Positions 23,150 through 32,678 of a stretch of 64,000 nt of DNA are shown piece by piece. This DNA is from a virus. The translations under genes and the position numbers were made by a program. The DNA lies in the IMG/VR virus record IMGVR_UViG_3300045988_131721, positions 64,001-128,000 of that record. One strand, 5' to 3'. The notes beneath the pieces are model-generated. The model was not told the DNA's origin and ran no database searches. It was given only the letters and a program-made list of their open reading frames with translations. Every line of letters starts with the position of its first letter. The first letter of the stretch is position 1.

Positions 23150-25429
23150 CTAATTAATATTTGAAATTTGCGAATCTGTTAAAACCGAATCATATACTTT
23201 GATGTATTCATAATCAGAATAACTATTTGTAGCATTGTATAAGTATCTTAATGATGAGGCTCTTCTTGTATAAGTTCCTTCATATTTAGTGTCACCTACA
23301 TTTAAAGTTAATTGTTTCTTAGTAGAATCACATCTCATAACTAAAATTATTTCTCCTGTAGCAACTTTACCTGTTACATTATCACCATTAATTATAGCTT
23401 GGTAAACTGTGCTTGAAGGCATTATATTACAAGCCATATTATCAGTCCAATTTCCTGTTCCTGCTCCTAAAGTCACAATGTTATCACCAGAAGCTACTAC
23501 GCTTGCATTTGTAGGATTAACTAATATTTTAGCCACCACTGTATAACTATTTAAATTTAACGAACCAACATTGCATAAGAAATATTTATCTCCATTAAAT
23601 CTAACTCTACCATTAACTTTTTGCACAGTTCCATTAATTGTAGCTGATTTATCTCCTACTAAATCCACCCATTTATTTGCTCCACTTGTAAAATTAGATG
23701 CATTTAATTCAAACACAGGATTAGGAACAGTTGTAGTGGTTGTCAATGTAGCACTTGCTGTGATTATTACATTACCAGTAACTTTAGATATGTTAATTGT
23801 ATTATTTGCCACTGAAGTAGAAGTTATATTTGTTCCACCCATTGTAACTACTATAGAATTAATAGTATATCCATTATAAGCTGTTAATTTTGCACTATAT
23901 GATTTATTTTTTTCTATACTTGTCATATCATTGTTTGTAATTACATTAGTTAAGTTATTTGAAATAACATATTTATCAGTACTTGGAGTAGTACTTCCTC
24001 CACTAGAAATTCCTTCTATTTTTATTAATATATCATTTTCTCTAGCGTCTGAAGGGAATTCTGAACCTGTATAAATTCTGATTCCATTTATTTCAATACA
24101 ACCTAATGCTAATCTACTATTATTGATTTCTCCATTTCTCTTCATTTCAAATTGAGAATTGTCAACACTGTAATCTATTTTTCCTTCAACTGAAACATTT
24201 ATATCTCCGTTAACATCTAATCTATCTGTTACATTTTTTACCGAATTAACTTCATTTATATCAGCTTTATTAACATACGCTTTATCAAATCTATATTCTT
24301 CTGAACCTAAACTAGAACTTATTCCTCTTTCATAAGGTATTAAGCCTTCTTTAGTTGTACGAATAGCTCTAGTTTCATTACCATCTTCAGTAATCATACC
24401 TTTGTAACCGTCTATCTCTTTAACTAATAAACCTTTTGTTTCATCTATTTTTTCAATGTAATTATTATGTGTATGATTTATATCGGCATATTTTTTATCG
24501 CAATTATTTTTAAAATCTGCTAGAGTAGTTTTAACACTATCTTGTAAATCTTTTATATCTTTTTCACTAGCAAATCCATCAAAATCAATATTATTATTGT
24601 CCATAATTATTTCAACTAACCATGTACCTATATAACTTAATCTACACTTATAATAACCTCTAGCAAGTCTATAAACATAATCTTTTTCTGCACTTCTAAA
24701 TGTTGCATAAATCACTTCTAATGTATTTATGTATAGTATAAATTCATTATGAAAGTCTATACTAGGAAGTTTTATAACTAAATCATTATCTGTAGTTACA
24801 CTTTGATATCTATCTAAAGATAAACTTATTTCTCCATTTACAGGAAGTTTATTTACAACCAAATTGTCTAATGAATAATATAAAGCGTCCTCTATCTTAT
24901 TCATTTTTTGTGCTGTTATAGTGTCTTTGTCATACCATGTGGTTTTATTATATCTTTTATTTACATCAAATATATTTATAGGGTCTCCTATAGTTATATG
25001 AGAACTTCCTATACCACCTTGATTTACTCCACTTGAAGTATCCTCTGAATAATCAATTATAGGATTTACATGAAATTGATTATAAATTATAGGTAAATGG
25101 ATTTCACTGTTATCTTTACCAAATAATTTTATTTGAAAATTATAATCTCCTATTTCTACAACTTCATCAACTATATCTTCTGTAACTTTTAAAATTATTT
25201 CGTTAATATCTACTGCTGTTTTGGGAAGAACCACTTTGGTTTTATTAGGTTTTTCTAATGTTATTTGAGAATAACTAGCACCTTCTATACCTTCGCCATT
25301 AGAAAATTTATAAGGAAAACCATCAACAGTAAAATAAAGCACTATATCTTTATCTTTTTTGCTTAAAAATATATCTCTATCTAATGTTGCTTTACCACTT
25401 TTTATTTTTATATTAAATTTGCCGTACAT
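23150..25429 (-). CDS. tail fibre / baseplate upper protein-like (BppU-type N-terminus, Ig-like module, C-terminal LamG-like jelly roll)
   Basis: 759 aa. The N-terminus MYGKFNIKIKSGKATLDRDIFL... resembles the N-termini of 29576 and 51152. It shares a ~75-aa module with 49218-51137. The C-terminus FELNASNF...W.DLVG...NG....NG.V.F.G is LamG-like. Confidence 0.65.
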   Translation of the reverse strand: MYGKFNIKIKSGKATLDRDIFLSKKDKDIVLYFTVDGFPYKFSNGEGIEGASYSQITLEKPNKTKVVLPKTAVDINEIILKVTEDIVDEVVEIGDYNFQIKLFGKDNSEIHLPIIYNQFHVNPIIDYSEDTSSGVNQGGIGSSHITIGDPINIFDVNKRYNKTTWYDKDTITAQKMNKIEDALYYSLDNLVVNKLPVNGEISLSLDRYQSVTTDNDLVIKLPSIDFHNEFILYINTLEVIYATFRSAEKDYVYRLARGYYKCRLSYIGTWLVEIIMDNNNIDFDGFASEKDIKDLQDSVKTTLADFKNNCDKKYADINHTHNNYIEKIDETKGLLVKEIDGYKGMITEDGNETRAIRTTKEGLIPYERGISSSLGSEEYRFDKAYVNKADINEVNSVKNVTDRLDVNGDINVSVEGKIDYSVDNSQFEMKRNGEINNSRLALGCIEINGIRIYTGSEFPSDARENDILIKIEGISSGGSTTPSTDKYVISNNLTNVITNNDMTSIEKNKSYSAKLTAYNGYTINSIVVTMGGTNITSTSVANNTINISKVTGNVIITASATLTTTTTVPNPVFELNASNFTSGANKWVDLVGDKSATINGTVQKVNGRVRFNGDKYFLCNVGSLNLNSYTVVAKILVNPTNASVVASGDNIVTLGAGTGNWTDNMACNIMPSSTVYQAIINGDNVTGKVATGEIILVMRCDSTKKQLTLNVGDTKYEGTYTRRASSLRYLYNATNSYSDYEYIKVYDSVLTDSQISNIN

Positions 25430-25440
25430 AAAATCACCTC

Positions 25441-25830
25441 CTATTTACCAAAACAAGTTAAAAATACTGTAAAACTACCTTCTAATTTTATATTTGAATC
25501 CAAATGTCTTAATCCTATCTTTACTTTATCTTTTCCAGATGGGATAGCTACAACATTTAAATTGCTATAAATGTATTTAGTAGACTCACAACTACAAGCT
25601 ACTGTAAGTATCACGTTAGGAAACGACTTCTTTAATGTAATTTCTTGTGTTATATTTTCCGAACTACCATCAGCAGTTAATGAAATAGTCATACATTCTA
25701 CTATCATTCCATTTATGTTATTGTAAATATAATCGTCACCTAATGTAACCGAACTTGAATTATCTCCAACTGTAGTTGTTCCTAATGATTGGAATGCACC
25801 ATCAATTTTGCCTAATATTGATAAATTCAT
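25441..25830 (-). CDS. hypothetical structural protein
   Basis: 129-aa ORF with a GGAGGTGG SD. Confidence 0.6.
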   Translation of the reverse strand: MNLSILGKIDGAFQSLGTTTVGDNSSSVTLGDDYIYNNINGMIVECMTISLTADGSSENITQEITLKKSFPNVILTVACSCESTKYIYSNLNVVAIPSGKDKVKIGLRHLDSNIKLEGSFTVFLTCFGK

Positions 25831-25841
25831 TAAACCACCTC

Positions 25842-27611
25842 CTAAAATCCATTTTTGTGATTAGCTCTTACATATGTTGGATAATCGAAATAGCAAGTAT
25901 CAAAATCTACGTCTACTCCACCGTAACCACTTAATTTCTTATATCCACCTTGCCATAATTTAACATCAGTTCTAGTCCAAGTACAAGCTGAACTCCATTG
26001 AGCCACCCATATGTGGTCAGTATATTTTACATTATTCCAATTTACATAATTTGTTGCCCATGAGTTATTAGTATAAATTCCTGCCATATATCCTGCATCA
26101 TTTATTATTTGACAAAAAGCGTTCATACAATTTGTCAATACGGTTTTGCCAGGATTCCCTAATTTATCAACTAAGTCATTTTCTTGGTCAAAGAATATTG
26201 GGAATTCAAATGTTTGAGAATACTTATTTAATTGTTGAACCACCCAATTTGCTTCTATTTTAACCTTTTCAACTGTATTTGCATATGAGAAAAAATACAC
26301 ACCTACAGGTATTTTGTTTTCAACACATCCTTTTAAATATTCTTCAAATTTAGGGTCTATTATAGGTTGTCCACCTTTTCTGCTACCATAACCTATTCTA
26401 AGTATTGCAAAGTTAGTTTCGCCATAAGTTTTAATTTTAGCGAAGTCAAGATTTCCTTGATATTTAGATATATCTACACCCATACAAGGCACTGTAAATC
26501 CTGTATTGCCACCTACTTCTCCCGTTCCTCCTGCATCAACTGTTATAGTGGATATAGTTACATATGAGGGATTAGCATTTATATACCCTATACTATTATT
26601 GTAACTTACTTTAACCCATGAAGTATTTGTATAGGTTTCAAGTATTGGTAATGTATATCCATTAGGTATAGCTCCTAATACTGGATATTTTACACCCATA
26701 CCACTTCTAACGTTTAAAGCATTACAAATTACTTTTGCAACTTTAGTAGTAGAAGATAATAATAATCCCACATACGCTTTACCTGTATTTTCTCCTATTG
26801 CAGTAGCAGTAGGTTGGTCTTTACAGTTTATAGCGAATACGGGAAGACTGTGTGAAGAACTTAATCCTAAAGCATCCTTACTTATTGTTCCTGTTATTTG
26901 GAATACCTTACCATCTATATCTTTTCCAGTGTCTGCAAATTTAACATATTGTCCAACATATCTTTGGTCGGTAGTTAAACATACATTTTTATCTGGATAT
27001 TTATCACTTGTAAATTCTGAATCTATATAATAACCCATTATAGTTGAGTCTAAAGTTAAATTAGATACCCATACAGTTTTATCTTCAGCAGGTGGTTTTA
27101 TAGGTGTTGGATTACTCGGAACATCTTTACCGTCGTCGTCATCGTCTTTAGGTTCTTCATAAATTCTTATCCATAATTTATATTTTGGGTCATTAGGAAT
27201 ATCACTACCAATATATATTTCTTCTTCTGTAAAATGTTCAAACATATATTTAAATATATCATTAAGAGAATCGAATTTAGTTCCTTCAATTAAACCTTCT
27301 TTATAACTGCATAATTCTTTTCTCATAGTTTCAATTAATTCATCTTTAGTCATATCGTTATTATCTAATAAAGCTCCTATGCCTTTTACTTCATACGCAA
27401 CTTTAATTTCCGTATCTAACTCTTCAAAAGAAGAAATTATCAAACATTCTCTTTCTTCGTCATATTCTGGTTTTACTCCGTTTATTTTTTTAAACCCATA
27501 TCTTTTCATTAAATCTTCATTTGTATTAAAATTAGTAATTAATATCCCATCCGAAGTTTTGTAATTTATCGGAGCAAATATTAATTTTCCGTTAATAATT
27601 TTACCGTACAT
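25842..27611 (-). CDS. virion-associated or second lysin: SH3-like domain + GH25 muramidase
   Basis: 589 aa. LNVRSGMGVKYPVLGAIPNGY...WVKV is SH3-like. The C-terminus GVDISKYQG...FAILRIGYG...VGVYFFSYA...FFDQE...AGIYT...WVAQW matches the GH25 pattern. Confidence 0.75.
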   Translation of the reverse strand: MYGKIINGKLIFAPINYKTSDGILITNFNTNEDLMKRYGFKKINGVKPEYDEERECLIISSFEELDTEIKVAYEVKGIGALLDNNDMTKDELIETMRKELCSYKEGLIEGTKFDSLNDIFKYMFEHFTEEEIYIGSDIPNDPKYKLWIRIYEEPKDDDDDGKDVPSNPTPIKPPAEDKTVWVSNLTLDSTIMGYYIDSEFTSDKYPDKNVCLTTDQRYVGQYVKFADTGKDIDGKVFQITGTISKDALGLSSSHSLPVFAINCKDQPTATAIGENTGKAYVGLLLSSTTKVAKVICNALNVRSGMGVKYPVLGAIPNGYTLPILETYTNTSWVKVSYNNSIGYINANPSYVTISTITVDAGGTGEVGGNTGFTVPCMGVDISKYQGNLDFAKIKTYGETNFAILRIGYGSRKGGQPIIDPKFEEYLKGCVENKIPVGVYFFSYANTVEKVKIEANWVVQQLNKYSQTFEFPIFFDQENDLVDKLGNPGKTVLTNCMNAFCQIINDAGYMAGIYTNNSWATNYVNWNNVKYTDHIWVAQWSSACTWTRTDVKLWQGGYKKLSGYGGVDVDFDTCYFDYPTYVRANHKNGF

Positions 27612-27637
27612 ATTATACCTCCTTTATTAACTTTTAG

Positions 27638-27672
27638 CAAAAATAAAAGAAGAGGAAAATAATCCTCTTCTT
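27638..27672 (-). terminator. rho-independent terminator
   Basis: Minus sense: AAGAAGAGGA, 6-nt loop, TCCTCTTCTT, then TTTATTTTT. Confidence 0.8.
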
Positions 27673-27755
27673 AAAATAGAAATAATTAAATTTTTGAATA
27701 ACAACATGGTTGTTTTTATAGACATTAATATTATGTGTTTTTTATTTAATTTAGA

Positions 27756-27779
27756 TACACAATATTTTTAAATTGTGTA
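27756..27779 (-). repeat. RBP junction motif, non-coding copy abutting the stop of 27780-29561
   Basis: Plus strand TACACAATATTTTTAAATTGTGTA. The stop codon is at 27780-27782. Confidence 0.85.
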
Positions 27780-29561
27780 TTACAAATTCTCTAAAAATTT
27801 CAAAATTTTCGGAGCTATTAGTTCTTGATGTGCTAAAGAGTTTGGATGAGTTTGGTCGTGAAAATATTTATCGGTGAAAGTTTTATTCCACACAAAAAGT
27901 CCACTTTCTCCATTTAAATCATAAACTTTTATAGAAAATCTCTTACCTATTTTTATCATTTCATCTGCAATTTTTCTAATATTATTATCATAATCATATC
28001 TATAAGTAGTGTTTGTTGGAGTTATAAGTGCTATCTTTGCGAATGGAAACTTTTTAGTTAGTTGTTCACAACAATAATGAATTGCCCCACAGACAGTATC
28101 TTTTGTAGTGTCACCACATTGACCTATACTAAAACTTCCACTATCATTTATACCTGCTAAAATTGTAATATAATCATATCCTTCATTTCCTGTCAAAGTG
28201 TCTATTCTATCACATATATTTTCACTTGCATTGTAAGTTTTTATAAATCCAGTACCAGCTTTTGCTTTATCAATAACGATTATCCCAGTTTCATCAGCAA
28301 TATAACTATGATACTTCCTTACACCCTCGCTCGAACTATCGCTTGTACTATCTCCTATTACGCACCACTTTTTGCCCTTTAATTTATTATCTACTCTTTT
28401 TAATTGTTCGGAAATATTTTTAGCATACTTTTCAGTTGAAAAATTTATACTTCCTTCTAAAGAATAAGAAACATATGATGTCGGTAATGTTCTACTCATT
28501 ATCATATAAGTATCTTTTAAATTCATGTTTAAAGACATTCTTAAAAATTTTGCTCTAGAAGGAGCAACCGCATTAGTAGTCCCGTATTCCTTTAATGAAA
28601 TATATTCTTTATTAGCATCGTACCATGCACCATTCCAATTATTTGTAAAGTAATAAGTTTTTCCACTCTCTACAGGAATGAAATCACTTATACAACCAAC
28701 ATCACTAGCTACAGGAGCACCATTAGTTTCAATTATATAATTATCGGTTGTTTTAGTTTTATCAAATAAGTTGTTATCATCTTCAATTTTCAGAAATGTT
28801 GTTTTATTCGGTGTAATATTATTATTTATAGTGTCTTTAATTTTTTCACTAAATTTAGTTGTAAACTCAATACTATATTCGCCAAAACCAACATAATTTT
28901 GTGGTAATACATTCCCTTCAACAAGCATTACTGTATCTATATTAAGCATATTAATATTTTGTCTATAAAATTTTGCATTTGCAGGTGATGTAAAAGTTGA
29001 TTCACCGTAAGGTTTATCTGATATATAAGTCTTTCCACTATCGAACCAAGCTCCACTCCAATTGCTAGAATAAGTATAAATTGTATTGCCTTTTACTGGT
29101 ATATAGTCGCTAATACAACCATTTGTATTTTCAACTAATTTATTTTTTTCTAAAATATAACCTTGATTTGAAATAGAATTTTTATTAAAAAGATTCATAA
29201 TTGATTTTTTAATAAATGTTAAATTGTTATAATCAACACAATCATTCATTAGTTTATCTTTTGAGATTGTATTATCTCCAACTATGGCATTTATGGACGC
29301 ATTACCGGCGATTTGTTGTAAAAATTCATCTGTCATATAAGTTTGGTCAAATTTGCCTAAATTCTTGTTAATTTGATATATTGAAATATCAGTTGTATTT
29401 TTATCAAGCTTTTCATTCGCAATATCTTTACATTGTGAATTTACCCCATCTAAATTTTCTCTTAATGTTTTACCATCTTCACATAATACATTATCATCAG
29501 TACTCCAAAACGAAACAATATTTCCATTCTCATCACTATATTTATTCTTCATATACTTCAT
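27780..29561 (-). CDS. tail fibre with tandem carbohydrate-binding-like repeats and a C-terminal SGNH/GDSL hydrolase
   Basis: 593 aa. Duplicated ~90-aa module (NGCISDYIPVKGNTIYTYSSNWSGAWFD... / VGCISDFIPVESGKTYYFTNNWNGAWYD...). SGNH blocks VIGDSTSD, AGINDS and DQTHPN. Confidence 0.75.
   Translation of the reverse strand: MKYMKNKYSDENGNIVSFWSTDDNVLCEDGKTLRENLDGVNSQCKDIANEKLDKNTTDISIYQINKNLGKFDQTYMTDEFLQQIAGNASINAIVGDNTISKDKLMNDCVDYNNLTFIKKSIMNLFNKNSISNQGYILEKNKLVENTNGCISDYIPVKGNTIYTYSSNWSGAWFDSGKTYISDKPYGESTFTSPANAKFYRQNINMLNIDTVMLVEGNVLPQNYVGFGEYSIEFTTKFSEKIKDTINNNITPNKTTFLKIEDDNNLFDKTKTTDNYIIETNGAPVASDVGCISDFIPVESGKTYYFTNNWNGAWYDANKEYISLKEYGTTNAVAPSRAKFLRMSLNMNLKDTYMIMSRTLPTSYVSYSLEGSINFSTEKYAKNISEQLKRVDNKLKGKKWCVIGDSTSDSSSEGVRKYHSYIADETGIIVIDKAKAGTGFIKTYNASENICDRIDTLTGNEGYDYITILAGINDSGSFSIGQCGDTTKDTVCGAIHYCCEQLTKKFPFAKIALITPTNTTYRYDYDNNIRKIADEMIKIGKRFSIKVYDLNGESGLFVWNKTFTDKYFHDQTHPNSLAHQELIAPKILKFLENL
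29416..29439 (-). repeat. RBP junction motif, coding copy (SQCKDIAN)
   Basis: Plus strand TTCGCAATATCTTTACATTGTGAA, inside 27780-29561. Confidence 0.85.
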
Positions 29562-29575
29562 TACTTCATACCTCC

Positions 29576-30817
29576 CTAATTTATATAACCCTCTTCAGAA
29601 GAAATTTTATTAAAAGGAATTTTTGTGATAGTTCCCGTTGTTCCTCCCGATGTGTCACCTTTAATCACAGGCACATTTTCATCATGTATTAAAGTATCTC
29701 CATACCAAACTTCATTTAAATAACTTAATTTTATTTGACATAATACATCTTTTTTTAATATTGGTTGAGTTCTCCATGCTATACTTGGAAATATTAGAAT
29801 TAAATTATCCACTGTCGGTCTAATAAATAAATTTAATTCCACAAATTCATCCATTTCTGGTAACACAATAGTTGATAATGTTTCTGTTTTTAAATATTGA
29901 TATTTATCACCTGTTAAATTTAATTTATCTTCATCATCGGTAATAACTACATTTAAATAATCTACTATTTGTTCTTTTTTATTTTTTATTTTATTGAATT
30001 TATATAATTTGAAATAATCTTCATTAAAACAACATAAACCATATGTATAAGTATCTGTATTACTTGTTATATATGTATAATTTCTATTACCATCTAAATA
30101 TATTATTTCAGTACTAGAATTAAAATCTTTTGCCCAACCCTTTAATATATAAGAACCTTTACTTAATTCTGATATTATTATAGGTGTATCTTCTGTACCC
30201 TTTTTAATTGTATAGCCTTTACTTTCTTCTAATTCTATTAATTTTGTTTTATGTTGTAATATTTCATCTCTGATTTCGCTAGTTGCTTGTTCTAATTTAT
30301 TCAATTTAGAATCGGTAATTACATCTCCAGATATCCAAATAGTTCTATTATAAGACCCATCGTCATTGAAAGTTTTTAATTCTTTTCCATATTTAGCAAC
30401 TTTTGTGTTATCTATTGCTGTTCCGTCAACTGTTCCATAAGATAAATCGTCGTCATCCACTTCACATTCTTCAACCGACATTATAAAATAAGGTAGCTTT
30501 ATTCTTCCACCTTTATCATCATAAATTCTAATATGAACATGATAATTTCCTATTTCGTCAATTTGATTCATTATTTCATTATTGATTGTAAATAATATTT
30601 TATTATCTATAATAGGTACTATATCTGATTTTATTTGTTTTTTTAGAGGGCTAACTAATACTATATCAGATAACAAATAATTAGAACTTAAATCTAAATA
30701 ATCAGTATCCATTAATTTAAAATATATGTCTACGCCTTTATCGTGTTGAAATATTGACAACTGACGATTTAAAATACTCTTTTGTTTATTGATAATTATT
30801 GAATATTCTTTTTTCAA
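29576..30817 (-). CDS. baseplate/fibre protein with a BppU-like N-terminus
   Basis: 413 aa. The N-terminus MKKEYSIIINKQKSILNRQLSIFQHDKGVDIYF is similar in pattern to 23150 and 51152. TTG start after GGAGG. Confidence 0.55.
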   Translation of the reverse strand: MKKEYSIIINKQKSILNRQLSIFQHDKGVDIYFKLMDTDYLDLSSNYLLSDIVLVSPLKKQIKSDIVPIIDNKILFTINNEIMNQIDEIGNYHVHIRIYDDKGGRIKLPYFIMSVEECEVDDDDLSYGTVDGTAIDNTKVAKYGKELKTFNDDGSYNRTIWISGDVITDSKLNKLEQATSEIRDEILQHKTKLIELEESKGYTIKKGTEDTPIIISELSKGSYILKGWAKDFNSSTEIIYLDGNRNYTYITSNTDTYTYGLCCFNEDYFKLYKFNKIKNKKEQIVDYLNVVITDDEDKLNLTGDKYQYLKTETLSTIVLPEMDEFVELNLFIRPTVDNLILIFPSIAWRTQPILKKDVLCQIKLSYLNEVWYGDTLIHDENVPVIKGDTSGGTTGTITKIPFNKISSEEGYIN

Positions 30818-30840
30818 AATTTTATACCTCCTTTTAATTA

Positions 30841-31086
30841 TTAAATATCTACTTCTAAATCATATTTAATCCAATTTATAAAATTTGATACATCCTCAAT
30901 ACCATATCCTTGTTCTAATGAATTTTCAGATAAAAATTCTTCCCTAATTAATCTACTTAGAAATAATCTAAATTCATCCTCTGATAAATTTAATAAATAT
31001 TTTTTAATATCTTCTTTTGAATGATTTATTCCACTATCTGTTGCTCCAGTATCATAAGCAAATTTTTCTAATATTTTATCTTTCAT
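30841..31086 (-). CDS. hypothetical protein
   Basis: 81-aa ORF with a GGAAGGAG SD. Confidence 0.6.
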   Translation of the reverse strand: MKDKILEKFAYDTGATDSGINHSKEDIKKYLLNLSEDEFRLFLSRLIREEFLSENSLEQGYGIEDVSNFINWIKYDLEVDI

Positions 31087-31101
31087 AATATAATCTCCTT
31101 C

Positions 31102-32628
31102 CTAAACATTTGTATTATTTTCAAGAGCATCTAATCTTGATTCTATGTTAGATAATCTTGAATTTATATTTCCTATTTTAGAATTTAAATCATTAACTTG
31201 ATTTTGAACTTCTAAGATTTTATCATTTAATCTTTTTTCAATTTGTTGTAAATTAACTTCACTTGTTGCTGAATTAATTAAATTTATACAGTTTAACATT
31301 TGTGAATTTAATTTATTTCTAGCTTCCCTATATAATGCTAATCTTATATTGAATTCTTTTCTCTCGTCTTTATTAAAAATTAAATCTTTCATATCTACTC
31401 GTATTGAATTAATGAAATTTGTATGTTTTGCTTTAAAATCATCAAAATATTCTTTTAATAGTTGTTTATTATTATCTCCTAATTTTTCATTATTATAGTA
31501 AGATTGATAACTAGCTTCTATTTTAGAAACATAATTAACCATTCCATTTGCTAAAGCGTCCAATGAATTATATTGTGCTACCGTTAATTTCCCATCCGTA
31601 TTCAACAATGACTTAGTTATAGGCAACATATCATTTGAGTACTTTTGATTTGCATCAAAGTATCCTTGAATAGTTTGTTGTTCTTTAGCAAATGAATTAA
31701 TTAGTGAAGCTTGTAATTCATTCATATTGTTAGATAAATCGTCTATTCTAGTATTTGTATTATAAACTTCATCTGATATAGTACTTGAAGCTCCTAATGT
31801 TTTTTCGCCTTCTGTAGAAATGGATAGAGTTGTACTACATGAATCTTTAAAAGAAGATAATGTTATCAATATCGTAGTTATATTAGATGTTATAGACGAA
31901 ATATCTACTAATGTTATATTTTCTCTATCATCTTCTGTGACGATTTTAATTTCTACAATTAAATCAGCCAGCATTTTTTGCAAAGATAGTTGATATTCTA
32001 AAAAAGATGTTGTGTCTACATCATTAGAATTTTCTGCCATCATATCAATTAAAGCATCACTATATCCAAGCATTTCTTCAAATTTATTATTGATTATGTC
32101 AAGTCTATAATTAACATCTGCTTTTTCTGCTGAATTAAATGTCTCATCGGAAAGTCTATCGGTTAATGTGGTCTTTAAATCTATCATTAAAGAATTGGAA
32201 TTTATTATTGCTGTATTTAATAATTCTTTAATTTGTTCAAATGATAAGTTTTCTTGATATTCTTTTGATAAATTCTCAATATTATCTTGAGTGATTTCAA
32301 GTTGTTTTTTATAAAATTTATTGTTCTCGTTCACTCCCTTTAATTTTTCTGATATTGATTTTTTGTCATATCCATCAAATAGCATATCTAATAAATCTGT
32401 TGTAGTTGTTACTCCTATGCCATCTATATTTTTAATAATAAATATTAAATTTTCCTCTTCATCTAATTTATTATTTGAGCTTACTAAATCAGAAGTTTCT
32501 ATCTTCCAATAAATATATTTATTACTGGTGTATAGATTATTTATTGGATATAATTTTTCTGAATATTTAATAACTAAATCTTTAATGTAAATATATTTTT
32601 GTGTGGGGCTATTATTTTCAATCGCCAT
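31102..32628 (-). CDS. coiled-coil tail/baseplate structural protein
   Basis: 508 aa. Long heptad-like regions ending in NDLNSKIGNINSRLSNIESRLDALE. Confidence 0.55.
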   Translation of the reverse strand: MAIENNSPTQKYIYIKDLVIKYSEKLYPINNLYTSNKYIYWKIETSDLVSSNNKLDEEENLIFIIKNIDGIGVTTTTDLLDMLFDGYDKKSISEKLKGVNENNKFYKKQLEITQDNIENLSKEYQENLSFEQIKELLNTAIINSNSLMIDLKTTLTDRLSDETFNSAEKADVNYRLDIINNKFEEMLGYSDALIDMMAENSNDVDTTSFLEYQLSLQKMLADLIVEIKIVTEDDRENITLVDISSITSNITTILITLSSFKDSCSTTLSISTEGEKTLGASSTISDEVYNTNTRIDDLSNNMNELQASLINSFAKEQQTIQGYFDANQKYSNDMLPITKSLLNTDGKLTVAQYNSLDALANGMVNYVSKIEASYQSYYNNEKLGDNNKQLLKEYFDDFKAKHTNFINSIRVDMKDLIFNKDERKEFNIRLALYREARNKLNSQMLNCINLINSATSEVNLQQIEKRLNDKILEVQNQVNDLNSKIGNINSRLSNIESRLDALENNTNV

Positions 32629-32678
32629 TTTTTCACCTTCTTTTAAAGAGGGATGTTATACCCTCTTTATTGATTATT

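Noticed and set aside
23150-25429. Diversity-generating retroelement targeting the LamG-like or Ig-like fibre tips.
   Set aside because: There is no reverse transcriptase gene in the window, and I spotted no template/variable repeat pair with A-specific mismatches. I cannot exclude one outside the window.
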